This document shows, in pieces, positions 1 through 13,901 of a DNA stretch of 64,000 nucleotides. The translations under genes were made by a program, and so were the position numbers. This DNA is from Octopus sinensis (lineage: Eukaryota), in NCBI RefSeq assembly GCF_006345805.1, contig NC_043010.1, positions 44,826,001 to 44,890,000 on the forward strand, given 5' to 3'. How positions within the stretch are numbered: the first letter of the stretch is position 1; every line of letters begins with the position of its first letter. The notes under the pieces are model-generated. The model ran no database searches. It was given only the letters and a program-made list of their open reading frames with translations, and had not been told where the DNA came from.

Positions 1-59
1 CTGCCCTATAACTTAGAGCTTTCGGATTTATGTTTACCGGCGATATATATGTATGTATA

Positions 60-139
<80 letters not shown>

Positions 140-900
140 ATATATATATATATATTTATTTATTTATATGAATGTATGTATGTACTCGCGTGAGTGAATA
201 CACATATGTAAATAATTAAGGTTGTTATTTAAAGTAATTTCAAAAGTAGCAACAGAACATTTATGATTCGGAATCTCGATACTAAAAGCAGAGTGAAACG
301 TATTATTAAATTTGTTTTGAATGAAAACTTTCTTACTTGTCTGTTAATTCTATTGGGGATGAAAAAGAATTCTTCATATAAGAATGGGCGTTCGTTGATT
401 TAGGGAACTACGTTTCTGGTTGAACTTCAAAATAAAAGCTTTATTAGCAACAGAAATTTGATCTTGAGTTCAAAGATCGAGTAAACAAATCGAAAAGTGA
501 GTAAAGTATTGGAGAGTAGGTGAAGAAGAAAAATAAAAGAAATAATCAAATTTAGAGGCAAATAAATGTTACCGATAGGTCAAAATGTGAAGTAAGCCTG
601 AGAGGATATGGAATGTAGTGAATTAAACTACGTACAAGAAAGTCGTAAAAAGGTACATTTATATAATTAATGTGGGTCGATGTTTGTGTTTTGGTTATGT
701 TGTGTGAGCATATGTGCGTATATTTGTTTGTCAATTTGTGTGTGGAAGTATGTTGAACGAAAATATAGGTTGTATAAATAATGTAATGTAAGAGGTTAAT
801 CAAATAAAGCCCCCGAAAAAAAAAAGCAATTCAGTTCTGCTTATGTTTAATGTGTGTGTGTGTATACATATATACATACATACGCACGCACACACACACA

Positions 901-1592
<692 letters not shown>

Positions 1593-1679
1593 ATATATAT
1601 ATAAAGATATATGTAAGATGTTAGCTGACCTAGCTGTAAGTCAATGGTGGTTCATTGATATTTCTCCATTTTGTGTCTT

Positions 1680-1741
<62 letters not shown>

Positions 1742-1745
<4 letters not shown>

Positions 1746-3039
1746 GCTGTTGTTTTCACTATAAGTTCAATCGCAATTGCTTTCACAGTAAGTTTTCAAT
1801 TGCTATTTACAAACAACAACGAAAAATCACTGACAGAAAGTTCACAATTACTGATGTAAGTAAGTTCATAATTTACTGACAGAAGTAACTTCAAAAATTT
1901 GCCGTCAGTTCCTATACTTAGTTAATTTCCCTAAAAATTTCTTATTTACTTTTGCAACGGTTTTGTGTTTTTTTGTTGTTAACGGTTTTTTCTGGTTCCT
2001 TCGATACTGGCTCTTTGGTTCACTAAATGACAAATTTCGTTTCAACCCTTGAATTTTTTTTATTTTCCATAAAAATTTCTCATTTACTTTTTGCCCGTCG
2101 TATTAAGAAATATAATTTCCGTTACCCAGTTATTTCATTGTTTACTATCTTCTGCGCCCGTGTATTTCTCTATACGTACATAACCATGCCTAGAAGGAAA
2201 GTGTCAAATTTGTCTAGAATGCTAATGTCTCTGTCCAGGGAAAGAGAGACAGCTGCGGTAGGGAAGCATACCAAGAAACGAACAAACTGTGCACTACAAA
2301 AGCCAAAGCATCTCAAGGCGATGAACAGAGGTATGCACGGCTGACAAGAAATAGGATCACTGCGGAATGAAGAGCAGTTGCAACAGCTCAGAGAAGCAAC
2401 TTTGAATTATGATCCAGCAGTTCATTATGCAGCTGACACCAGAGTTTCCATTGGTGCAATGACTACTGAGTGTATACATTGTAAAGCAAGGAAGTGGCCT
2501 GGAGAGACACCTGCACTGTGCTGCAGTGATGGAAAGCTTAAACTCCCTGCAAACCCCCAACCTCCAGAGCCATTGAAGAAACTGTTGTCATCAATTGACC
2601 AAAATTCCAAGCACTTCCAAAGCAAAATTAGACAATACAACGCTGCACTACTGATGACTTGCCTGAGCCAGGATTCATGCAAACTTTTAAGATCCAAGGT
2701 CAGATTTACCATCGGATTGGCTCTCTACTACCTCTGTCAAATGAATCACCAAAATAAGCTTTTCATTGTTTATAACCTGTACCTACCTTTTGGTTAGGAA
2801 ATAAGCAACACAACACGTCTTTTTGAATTACGAATATTTACTTTATATACATATATGAGTTGAAAACGTTCTTTGAACATTTCACTTAACGTCTATGTTC
2901 CATGATGGTATAGGTTGGAGAGTTATTAATGTAGAAAGCTGGTATCTCAGCTACTAGCAGATGAGACCTGCATAATCTAGACGGCGTTTTAAAATTTCAT
3001 TGTTCTCTTTAACCCGGGCAACGCCGGTATTTCTGTTAG
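1742..3039 (+). mobile_element. Internally deleted Helitron with Rep/helicase N-terminal fragment (~2186-2797)
   Basis: IGAMTTECIHCKARKWPGETPALCCSDGKLKLP..PPEPL..LL...SKHF...IRQYN is the Helitron N-terminal signature. 3' hairpin ccgg-gcaacg-ccgg followed by TTAG|T. Left boundary approximate. Confidence 0.8.
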
Positions 3040-3055
3040 TGTATATATATATAAT

Positions 3056-3132
<77 letters not shown>

Positions 3133-3135
<3 letters not shown>

Positions 3136-3174
3136 CCATGTTAACGATTCTGCCAGCTATAACTAACACATTGG

Positions 3175-3223
<49 letters not shown>

Positions 3224-3279
3224 TATATATACATGTACCAATGTGTTAGTTATAGCTGGCAGAATCGTTAACATGGCAA
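3133..3279. repeat. Perfect 48-bp inverted repeat around a (TA)n spacer
   Basis: 3133-3180 is the exact reverse complement of 3232-3279. Confidence 0.9.
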
Positions 3280-3282
3280 TAT

Positions 3283-3440
3283 ATTGGTTTCAAATTTTGG
3301 TACAAGACCAGCAATTTCGAGGAAGTGGGTAGTAAACCGATAACATCGACCCCAGTATTCAGCTGGTGCCTATTTTATCGACTTCGAAAAGGTGAAAGGT
3401 GAAATCAATCACGGTGCAATTTGAACTCAGAACATAAAGA
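3283..3440 (-). mobile_element. tRNA-derived SINE family A, diverged fragment
   Basis: Similar to the copies at 20540-20765 and 31446-31675 (ttgaactcagaac, ttatcgac motifs). Confidence 0.7.
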
Positions 3441-3454
3441 CTATTATATAAAGC

Positions 3455-3672
3455 TAAGGCGTGGATCTGGCAGAATCGTTAGCACACCGGGCAAAATGCT
3501 TAGCAGCGTTCGTCCAACCTTACATTCTGAGTAGAAATTTCGCCGAGGTCGACTTTGCCTTTCATCCTTTTCGGGGTTGATAAAATGAATACCAGACAAG
3601 CGCTGAGGTCAATGTAATCGACTTACCTCATCCACCGAAATTGCTGGCCTTGTGCAAATATTTGAACCCAAT
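3455..3672 (+). mobile_element. tRNA-derived SINE family A
   Basis: ggcagaatcgttagcac...gaggtcgactttgcctttcatcc shared with other copies; head-to-head with the preceding copy. Confidence 0.8.
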
Positions 3673-3946
3673 GTATAATATGTAGTAGTTTGAATGAATT
3701 TGAGTGTCAACATACATGTTGTCTCTGATGTTTTATATGTATGCGTGTGTGTTGTTGTTGTTGTTGTTGTTGTTGTGTTAAGCAGCAAGACGGGTAAGGG
3801 CTTAGGGGCGGGAAACCCCAGACCTTGGAAACAAAATTTGGTCGTCTTGTTGTAGTCGAGGGCTCTTCGCTGACGCCCGACACCACTGGGAGGTGGCCCT
3901 CGAAGTCGCTGGAAATGGAGATCTCCAGGTCCAAATTCTTGAACGG

Positions 3947-3997
<51 letters not shown>

Positions 3998-4096
3998 CAT
4001 GAGTGTGTCTGTATGTGTGCATGCGTGCTTATGAATGTGTATATGTGTGTGAGTGTGTGTAGGTATTTAAACGAAAGTGTATCAAGTCCTCTATGC

Positions 4097-4316
4097 TAGT
4101 GGTTCTCAACCGCGGTCCTTATAAAATTTTGTTGTTAAAATTTATGTGCAATAAATTAATTATCTACAATGCACAAAACGTTTAAACACTTTTTCATAGC
4201 TACTAATAATATTTCATTATAAAAATATAACAGGATTTTTTAAACATCAAATGGCTATGATGGTCCATCTGAGTGAATGAAGGGGATCCATAGGAAAAAT
4301 TGGTTGAGAACCACTG
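4097..4316. mobile_element. hAT-type MITE
   Basis: TIRs tagtggttctcaacc / ggttgagaaccactg; same family as 19489-19719. Confidence 0.75.
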
Positions 4317-4428
4317 AGTTGTTTGTGTGGAACTTTCAGAAGTAGCTAAGTATAGTAAAAATTATTAAAAAAATCTTTGGTACTTTGCAAGTAATTTTAT
4401 GAAATGAAGTAATATATAATTGTCAATA

Positions 4429-4828
4429 TCTTTATATATAAAAGCAAGGTTGTGTGTCTGTCTCCTACGATTTAGATTCCTAACTACTCCCACATTTTGC
4501 GCAGCAGTTTAACCAAAACCGGGTATCTTATAGTCGTGATTTATATCGAGCCCTTCTGGGTATTAGCGCGCGTCTACGATGAGTCTACGATTTTAAAAAT
4601 AATTTACCATCGTTTTTTTCCATTTTAATGCATTTTTTCGCAATTATATAAGGGAAGTAACTCTCTAAAAATGTCTACAATGAGTCAACGATTTTTTAAA
4701 AAAAATTACCATAATTTTCTTTTCCATTTTTAATGCATATTTTTGCTATTTTTTAGTTATAACTCTCTAAAAATGCTTATATAGTTATTTCCCTTACAAA
4801 CCCGAGCAATGCCGGGCGATACTGCTAG
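4429..4828 (+). mobile_element. Non-autonomous Helitron
   Basis: A|TC start, subterminal hairpin cccg-agcaatgc-cggg, CTAG|T end. Confidence 0.75.
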
Positions 4829-4856
4829 TTTAATATAAATACTTAATTACCGTTGA

Positions 4857-5113
4857 GGCGCAATGGTCCAGTGGTTAGGGCAGCGGACTCGCGGTCGTAG
4901 GATCGCGGTTTCGATTCCCAAACCGGGCGTTGTGAGTGTTTATTGTGCGAAAACACCTAAAGCTCCACGAGGCTACGGCAGGGGGTGGCGGCGATCCCTG
5001 CCGTACTCTTTCGCCGCAACTTTCTCTCACTCTTTCTTATGTTGGCCTGCTCGCTTAGCCAGCGGGGTGGCATCATTCGAAGGCTAAAACAATGCGAAGC
5101 GCATTGTGACCAG
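4857..5113 (+). mobile_element. tRNA-derived SINE family C
   Basis: A-box TGGTCCAGTGG and B-box GTTTCGATTCC followed by a non-tRNA body. Confidence 0.75.
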
Positions 5114-5280
5114 CTCAGTGGTTACCGATGATGTTGACTTGTTGCTTAGTGAGTGGGATTGGCTCAGTGCACAGCCTTTCCTCACTTTAAAAAAAATCTT
5201 CTTGCACAGGCATTGCACGATAACAACATTGATTAAGCTTCGTGTAATGGCCATACTCGATAACGAGGGGGCAGCCACCA
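5113..5280 (+). mobile_element. 5'-truncated copy of the RTE-derived element at 1030-1592
   Basis: Near-identical to 1401-1592 with one internal deletion; same 3' end, followed by a microsatellite. Confidence 0.8.
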
Positions 5281-6044
5281 TGCATGTATGTATGTATGTA
5301 TATGTATGTATGTATGTATGTATGTATTATGTATGTATGTATGTATGTATGCATGTATGTATGTATGTATGTATGTGTGAATACATGTATGTATGTATGT
5401 ATGCGTGTGTATACATGTATGTATGTATGTGTGTATGTGTGTGTGTACGTATATATGACAGTCCATTTGAGTTAATAGTAGATTTCAGTTTATTGTAAAT
5501 AAGTACTGATTAGTACGGTCTTTATAAATCTATAGATTGAGAATGTTAAACTATGTCAATATGCAAGGGATTATATTGATAATTTTAAGGGACATTCGTC
5601 AAACACACCAGCTAATATAATTAAATATGACCAGACTGGAAGGCGTTAATTAAATCATTAAAGCCATAAATTATAAGAAACATGCCTGTAGTACACACGT
5701 TTGCATACGTGCGCATAAAATGCGTATATGCACATACGTATTTATGTGTATACAAATACACGTTGACATGTGAATATATTACAGGTTGGCAGCGCTAGCA
5801 GTGATGTGTATAAATTCAAGGTTATTCCCAGTTCAAGTATGCTTGGGAGAGAAATTTGTCTACAGTGAGAAATTATCTCCATAACAAAACACTGTGAATG
5901 GCTCTCTTACGGGTTCGAATATGCCCCACGCATATATGAACTGGTGTTTTATCATATTCATGCACAATCACATACATACATACATACATACATACATTCA
6001 TGTAAAACTCATACAAGCGCACGCGCACACACACACACATCACA

Positions 6045-6205
6045 CCCGTCGCTACGTTCTGTTCTGGGTTCAAATTCAGCCGAGGTCTACTTTCCCTTTC
6101 ATCCTTTTGGGGTCGATAAATTATTTACCAGTTACACACCGGGGTCGGTGTAATTGACTAGTCCCTTCCCCCAAAATTTCAGGCCTTGTGCCTATAGTAG
6201 AAATG
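6045..6205 (+). mobile_element. SINE family A, 5'-truncated
   Basis: gggttcaaattcagccgaggtc...catccttttggggtcgataaatta. Confidence 0.7.
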
Positions 6206-6220
6206 ATTTATATATATATA

Positions 6221-6328
6221 TTCTTTTACTCTTTTACTTGTTTCAGTCATTTGACTGCGGCCATGCTGGAGCACCGCCTTTAATCGAGCAACTCGACCTC
6301 GGAACTTATTCTTTTGTAAGCCCAGTAC
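6221..6328 (-). mobile_element. SINE family B, 3' fragment
   Basis: cagtcatttgactgcggccatgctggagcaccgcc, shared with 9737-10151 and 51226-51609. Confidence 0.8.
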
Positions 6329-6356
6329 ATATATATGTATATATATATGTATATGG

Positions 6357-6393
<37 letters not shown>

Positions 6394-6416
6394 ATATATA
6401 TATATGAACCGTACTG

Positions 6417-6454
<38 letters not shown>

Positions 6455-6638
6455 ATATACAGTAACGGACTAGCTAGGCTATCAGCTTGCTCAATGTGAA
6501 GTTGCCCTCTTTCACTGGAGTTCATATACGGGGACCCGCGTTACTATTTAAGAGGGAATTAAAAGAAATCAAAATATATGATATAGCAGGCAGTGCTGCT
6601 TAAGTGTAACTAAATTTATATACATATTCATGTATACA

Positions 6639-7145
6639 TGGCGGTTGTCCACTCCTTATGCACTGTGTGACCACCTCTAGTAATTACACCTTAGATCCAT
6701 CAGGGTGTCTGATGTGGCTTTTTGAACCAGACAATGTATTGAAAAGACACCCACATAGATTGCATATCCGATTTTGACCACCAAGTGCTGCAGTTAAGTT
6801 CCGATCTTTGTGGAACTTAAAACGTCTTTTGAGGCCTCCGTTAGAATTGCAGATCTTATGGCGTTGAAAGGTGTGCACAGATATATCAGATTCACCTTTT
6901 CGATCGAGAAGACTTTTCAGTTTTGCATGTGTTATCCTGGCCTTCCCAAACGCTTTCATTCCACTCCACATTTTTGTTCGCCATCCAGCTCTATCCGAAG
7001 CAAGGGTTTCTATGGTCTTTGGATCCATTCCAAGTGACTTCATGGTAATCCTTATGCCGTCCTTAAACCTCATTTTAGGTTTACAACGATTGCGTTCCCC
7101 CTCTGCAAGCTCGCCATAAAACAGCTGTTTTGGTACGCGTTTATA
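6639..7145 (-). pseudogene. RTE-clade LINE ORF C-terminus and 3' tail
   Basis: RVPKQLFYGELAEGERNRCKPKMRFKD...ETLASDRAGWR plus a C-terminal C2H2-like finger (ICNLCGCLFNTLSGSKSHIRH). Confidence 0.85.
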
Positions 7146-7428
7146 TTCATGCATACATACATACATATATGTACGCGCGCGCGTAAGTGTATAGGCACAT
7201 AGAGACATACATACAAGAAATATACACAAGAAATATATATCTCGGAGAGATGAAAGTGAAAATTGGCTTGGACCGGAGTTGAACTCAGGCCGTATTCAGC
7301 TAGAAAAAATACAGCAACAATACATGCAACAATACATTTTTTCGTCGCTCCAACTTTTCTACCCGTCCAAACCCGTTCGGGTATACGTACATTACACTCA
7401 CAGACGAACACGCACCATCACACACACA

Positions 7429-7499
<71 letters not shown>

Positions 7500-7589
7500 A
7501 CACACCACAGACTCATACAGACACACCACAGACTCATACAGACACACAGACACATCCACACAAGTACCAATAAATTATGCATATATATA

Positions 7590-7835
7590 CAGGGCGTCCC
7601 AAAAAGATGTACTCACTCTTTGACAGACGATTACTGATGTATTGTTTTTTTTTTTAATCATTTTAAATAATTCTAATTGAAAATAATTAATCGTTTCTAC
7701 AACAATTTATTTTCCTGAATTTAATTTAACTTTTTAGGAATGAATGTATATTAATAAACATCTACTTTAATAAACACAAAATGCATGAGTACTGAGAAGT
7801 CGAAGAGGGAGTGCATCTTTTTGGGACACCCCCTG
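7590..7835. mobile_element. Tc1/mariner-derived MITE
   Basis: ~25-bp TIRs (cagggcgtcccaaaaagatgtactc), TA on both sides. Confidence 0.8.
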
Positions 7836-8134
7836 TACATTTGGAAATATTAGGGCTTTGTGATCTTAGCTGTAGTCAACCCTTTAGAAGTTATGTTTCA
7901 ATCAACAGAAACAGATGCTCACAGATACACGATACATGCATAGAGATATACATTTGCATCTACAACTCTATTAAAACGATACATTATTGATGTTGACATT
8001 TTCGAACGTATTAAACTTCGAAACTTTTATGTATACTTACACACTTAAAGCACATGCACCTACGCTAGCACGCCTAACTCATACAAACACACACACACAA
8101 AAGCAGAGGCACACAAGAGACCGCAATCTTAGAT

Positions 8135-8170
<36 letters not shown>

Positions 8171-8564
8171 CGTACGAGCGCTGATATATTCATACCTCCA
8201 TACTAATATATTTACCCCCCGCATTCCCGTAGACAATTAGAGTATATAAATATTTTCCTTATACTTACTAGACAGAGAATTGAACGACGATGCGAATGAC
8301 GTGCAGAGTAAAAGACAAAAAAATATGCCGCTCTTTACTGCTTTCCGCTCCATTCTATAATGCTCGAGTTTATATTATTCACCAACTATATCCCCTTATA
8401 ATGAATAGTCTTTCGCTGTGTGTGTGTGTGTGTGTGTGTGTTATTTCTTTTTTGTTGCTCGCAGTTACGTGTATGTTTTAAATTATAGAGCTTGTCATAA
8501 ATGTCTCACAGAGATTGGTAGAGCTGGAAGTTTGTATATACTTATATGAATATGCATTCACAAA

Positions 8565-8666
<102 letters not shown>

Positions 8667-9736
8667 CTCATATAAATCAAGGAATGGTGTAAGTTTTTAG
8701 TCTACAGGTCAAGTGAAAATATTTTACTCTATATTCAATAGATATAATGTACATACATACATACATACATACATACATACATACATACATACATACATAC
8801 ATACATACATACATACATACATACATGCGTGTATGTGTATATTTGATAAAGAAGCTTGACATGACTAAGTAATCTTTTCAAAGATTCGTAAAATAAGTCT
8901 GTCAATATAACTTGACGCACACTTAGTTTTTTGTTTGTATTTGTGTGATGAGGTTAATGTATGCGCGTGCAATCGTATATTTATGATGTATGTATGAATG
9001 TGTATATATGAATATATGTATGAGAGTATGTATGAATTGTATGTATGTATGTATGTATGTATGTATGTATGTATGTATGTATGTATGTTGGTATGTATGT
9101 ATGTATGCACGTTTATATGTATGTATATACATAAGTATGTTTGAATGTATTATGTATGTATGTATGGATGGATGTGCGTACGTTTGAATGTGTGTATGTA
9201 TGAATGTAAGTATAATGTATGCATGTATTTATGTGTGTATATATGTACGAATGTAAGAATGTATGTGTGTATGTATGCTGGTATGTGTAAACATGTTTCT
9301 GTGATGTATGTATAATAAATGTATGTATGTATGCTTGTATGTATGTAAGTATGTATGTATGTATGTATGTATGTATGTATGTATGTATGTATGTATGTAT
9401 GTATTTATGTGTGTGTGTGTATGTAAATATTGCTATTATGTAAATATTTGCAAACCTATGTGATGTAAACAAATCATTTATTAAAATGTACTGATAAATA
9501 CACATACACACACAACACACACATGCGCGCGGATTTATACGATATGATATACATACGCACATATAAAATTGAATATTTATGCACAACACATAAGGACACA
9601 GGAAATGTGTCAAAGCCGACAGGAAGCGTTGCTGCTTCCTAGGGCTAAATAGCAGTTGTATGATTCCCTTCATGGGACTGTCACATTAAGTTGACAGTAT
9701 ACAACTACTCTATCGTACCACTACTGCATCTCTCTC

Positions 9737-10151
9737 TTTTTTTTCTCTCTTTTACTGGTTTCAGTCATTTGACTGCGGCCATGCTGGAGCACCGCCTTTA
9801 GTCGAGCAAATCGACCTCGGGACTTATTCTTTGTAAGCCCCGTACTTATTCTATCGGTCTCTTTTGCCGAACCGCTAAGTGACGAGGACGTAACGACACC
9901 AGCATCGATTGTCAAGCAATGCTAGGTGGACAAACACAGACACACAAACACATACACACAAACACACACATATATATATATATACATATATACGACAGGC
10001 TTCTTTCAGTTTCCGTCTACCAAATCCACTCACAAGGCATTGGTCGGCCCCGGGCTATAGCAGAAGACACTTGCCCAAGATGCCACGCAGTGGGATTGAA
10101 CCCGGAACCATGTGGTTGGTTAGCAAGCTACTTACCACACAGCCACTCCTG
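9737..10151 (-). mobile_element. tRNA-derived SINE family B, near full length
   Basis: Head gagtggctgtgtggtaagtagc...gggttcaatccc, internal microsatellite and conserved tail; matches 51226-51609. Confidence 0.85.
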
Positions 10152-10482
10152 AGATATTTAGAAATATATTATTTCTAATTTACTTTCTGTTTTGTGTAAA
10201 AGCGCATGAATTGGCTTAGTGCGCGGGACACCTCTAGAAATCCGCCTCCATCACACCCCACAAAAAAAAAAATGACCTGAAACTGCGTGCAACCCGGAGA
10301 GTAGGCTTCGAGGGGTAAACACAAAAACACATGGCCAACAGTGACACACAGAAGTGTCTCTTCAGTGCTCCTATATCAGCATCATCTCAGTCATCATCTC
10401 ATCTCTCTCTCTCTCTATCTCACCTTGTCTCTGCCTCTCTTTCTTTCTCTCTCTGTCTCTTTCCACTATCACTCTCTCTTTC

Positions 10483-10643
<161 letters not shown>

Positions 10644-10802
10644 TTACCTTCTACAATGCTTAAAAAAATTTACTTTCTGTGCAGTTTCCTGTTGCTTGCA
10701 CATATCTGCAGAAGCGCATGAATTGACGCTTGCACTGACACGAAGTTCGTTTGAAACGGAGCCGTTTGCGATTCCTGGAGATCCCTGTAGTAAATATTAA
10801 AT

Positions 10803-10922
10803 TTCTTCTTCTTCTTCTTCTTCTTCTTCTTCTTCTTCTTCTTCTTCTTCTTCTTCTTCTTCTTTTCTTCTTCTTCTTCTTCTTCTTCTTCTTCTTCTTC
10901 TTCTTCTTCTTCTTCTTCTTCT
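10803..10922. repeat. (TTC)n microsatellite
   Basis: Direct reading. The window also holds dozens of (TA)n, (CA)n, (TATG)n, (CTAT)n, (GA)n and (TAA)n tracts, not listed individually. Confidence 0.95.
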
Positions 10923-11321
10923 CTGGTACAGTATATATTCTGACTTGTCTCGATTACTTCCTTTGAATCAGAATCCTTTAGTTTTAGAAATTACTCGATT
11001 ACGCCCTCCCCCCCACCAAATGGCGAATCCATCAGATGCAGGACATCTTAAATTACACTTTTTATATCGAAATTTATTAACGCCATACTTTTATTAATCA
11101 TAAATTTATTTTACGTGAAGACTCCATTACATTTTGCTTCAACAATTTCGTTCAAATTTTGGACGAAAGGGTCTCTTGGCGTTTCTCAGCCTCGGGCCGA
11201 CCACAACTTTCTGAGTGGATTTGGTAGACGGAAACTGAAAACTGAAAGAAGCCAGTCGTGTACGTACACACGCACACACACACACACAACACACACACAC
11301 ACACACACACCACACACACAC

Positions 11322-11387
<66 letters not shown>

Positions 11388-11394
11388 ACACACA

Positions 11395-11459
<65 letters not shown>

Positions 11460-11520
11460 CGTCTAAGAATCCATAATACGGGAAAATTGCACTCGTATAT
11501 CTGTCAGTAGAGTATGTATA

Positions 11521-12048
11521 TTAATCGAAGTGTACAGTAGTATTATATATATCCATTACAGCCGATCTTACCAATCGGTTTCGCACAAGAGTGTTAGGTA
11601 ACATTCTAATTATTTAATCATGCACTCTTCAGAGATGGCAGTTATGGAATGAAACATGGCGACTACTCTCTATTGTTGTAGGTGAACGGACACATCCCGT
11701 TTGTAGTTGCTGTGAAAAATCGATGAAACGAACCGAACAAGGGTTAAGTTAAGAATTATGTCGCCCAGTGTGTGTGTGTTTATTTTTGGTACCAAGAGAC
11801 ATAGCTTTTCACCTAGCCCCTAGATCGGTTCGGTTCATCACGTTTTTCACAGCTACCACAAACTGGATATGTCCGTCCACCTCCAACAATAGAGAGTAGT
11901 CGCCATGTTTCATTCCTTAACTGCTATCTCTGAAGAGCGCATGGTTACATAATCGGGCTCTTACCCTACACTCCGTTGAGCCCCCTGTGCAAAACCGATT
12001 GGTAAAATCGGCCGTAATGGATATATAATACTGTACAATTCGATTAAT
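11521..12048. mobile_element. Fold-back element with diverged ~220-bp inverted arms, each with an HHR motif
   Basis: 11521-11740 is a diverged reverse complement of ~11822-12048; HHR folds at 11565-11636 (-) and 11926-12008 (+). Confidence 0.75.
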
Positions 12049-12049
12049 G

Positions 12050-12280
12050 TGTGTATGTGTGTATCTTTGTGTCTGTGTTTGTCTCCCGCCATCGTTTAAC
12101 GGTCGGTGCTTGGTGTGTTTATGTCCCTGTAACTTAGCGATTCAATAAAATAGTTCGATAGAATAAGTACCAGGCCTAAAAATGAAGTACTGGGGTTGAT
12201 TCATTTGACTAAAAATTTTTCAAAACAAGTACCCCAGCATGGCCGTTGTTGACTGACTGAAATAAGTAAAAATAAAAACA
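12050..12280 (+). mobile_element. SINE family B, diverged 3' half
   Basis: ggtgtgtttatgtccctgtaacttagcg...gatagaataagtacc...cccagcatggcc. Confidence 0.7.
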
Positions 12281-13625
12281 TCAACTACATTTAATTCTCT
12301 TCTATGTTTCTTAAACGCTTTATTTCAGCACTTCTGAATCACAGACTCTTCTGTATAAAAGAATACCTTATAAAAAGGTAAACGATAGCGGAAGGAAATT
12401 GAATTGTTATTGAAAGAGTGGGAAAGACAGGGAAGTCAAGAGAAAAGCCCAAGTGTTTGCGGCTGTTATTGTTGTCGCTTAGCATTTATTCAGCCTTCAT
12501 AGAGCAGACCTTTGGCCAAAGACATTCCAGCCGTGACCACTTAGACTTTTTCATGCGTATAGGGAACACGGTAGCATATCATCCAACGAGTCCCTTTCTA
12601 AACGGTAAAGGTAGCGAGTGACTGAGAGAAATATGGTTGTATTTTTAGCAGGCCGACTGACCTCGTAGAGGCTTCTTTATTGGGTTATTGTTCTGTTGTG
12701 TTTTTAAACTGTGGATGAATTCTGTTTCAATGGTATTAGAAATATTTTCAAGTAATACTATGTATACGATGACTAAGTTTAAACTGTCTTCTCAGTCCGA
12801 TCCAGTTTAACCAGTCGAACAGACTTAAATAAATAACCTGTTTTCAAAAGACTGAGAAAGAAAGAAAGAAAGAGAGGGAGAGAGAGAAAGAGAGAGAGAG
12901 AAAGAGAGAGAGAGAGAAAGAGAGAGAGAGAAAGAGGGAGAGAGAGAATAATGGAATGAGATAATGAAGAAGGAAATAGGATAAGTGGGAGTAAAACAAA
13001 GACGAGAAGCACAAAGGAAAAGGAATGGAGAAAAAGAACGAGAGAAAAGGAGAGAAAGTAAAAAAATGGTGGATAAAACGGGAGAGAAAGGATGAACTAT
13101 GTAAGTGTGTTTATGTGCGTATGTGTGTGTGTGCGTGTGTGTGTGTGTGTGTGTATTTGTGCGTGTGCGTGTGCGTGTGTGTCTTCGTGTGTGCGTACGC
13201 GCGCATTTGAATGGAGTAACGGTGTGTTAGTGAATGCAGAGGCCATAAGAAAGTAAAAAGAAAAGTAGAAAAAAAGAAAGAAGAAAGAAAGAAAGAATTG
13301 AATATCCATGGAAAAGGATTTCTGAAGAAAGATTTTTACACAATGGATGACGAATGGCCGTGAAAGCAAAGAATAAGATAACTAACGTCACCGTTTATCA
13401 AAGATGACTGACCACCACACCACACACACACACACCACACACACCACACACACACACCAAACACACACACACACAACACACACACACACACACACACACA
13501 AACAACACACACACACATGTATACCAAAAATATAAATACATACATATATATTTATATCTATATCTATATACATCCAACACACACACACACACACACACCA
13601 TATATAGATATAGATATATAATATA

Positions 13626-13859
13626 TATATATATAAATATATTATTTAGGTCCCGGGTTGAGTCGGGTTTACCACAGTAAATAAGGTACTCAATACATAG
13701 CAGAGTAAATTAATTTTTTATTTTATAGAGGAGCTTCTACAGGACTAGAACTGTTTCATTCAAAAGAAATCATCAGGAAGCATCTAATCCCAGAGCTTCC
13801 TGATGATTTCTTTTGAATGAAACAGTTCTAGTCCTGTAGAAGCTCCTTCTATAAAATAA

Positions 13860-13860
<1 letters not shown>
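13626..13860. mobile_element. HHR-bearing hairpin element (non-autonomous, PLE-like)
   Basis: ~66-bp inverted arms with a 13-nt spacer; same family as 41673-41872; flanked by (TA)n. Confidence 0.75.
13793..13845 (+). ncRNA. Type I hammerhead ribozyme motif (mirror copy on the - strand in the left arm)
   Basis: GAGCTTC CTGATGA TTTC-TTTT-GAAT GAAAC AG-TTCTAGTC-CT GT A GAAGCTC: 7-bp stem I, intact core, GUA cleavage triplet. Confidence 0.7.

Positions 13861-13899
<39 letters not shown>

Positions 13900-13901
<2 letters not shown>

Noticed and set aside
4857-4930. Possible tRNA genes (also ~10080-10150, 40960-41030, 51230-51300, 59791-59865)
   Set aside because: A/B boxes are present but acceptor stems are incomplete and the heads run into SINE bodies.
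10335-10370. CTGAAGA followed by a GACAC/GTGTC hairpin on the - strand
   Set aside because: No GAAA after the stem, so not a hammerhead.
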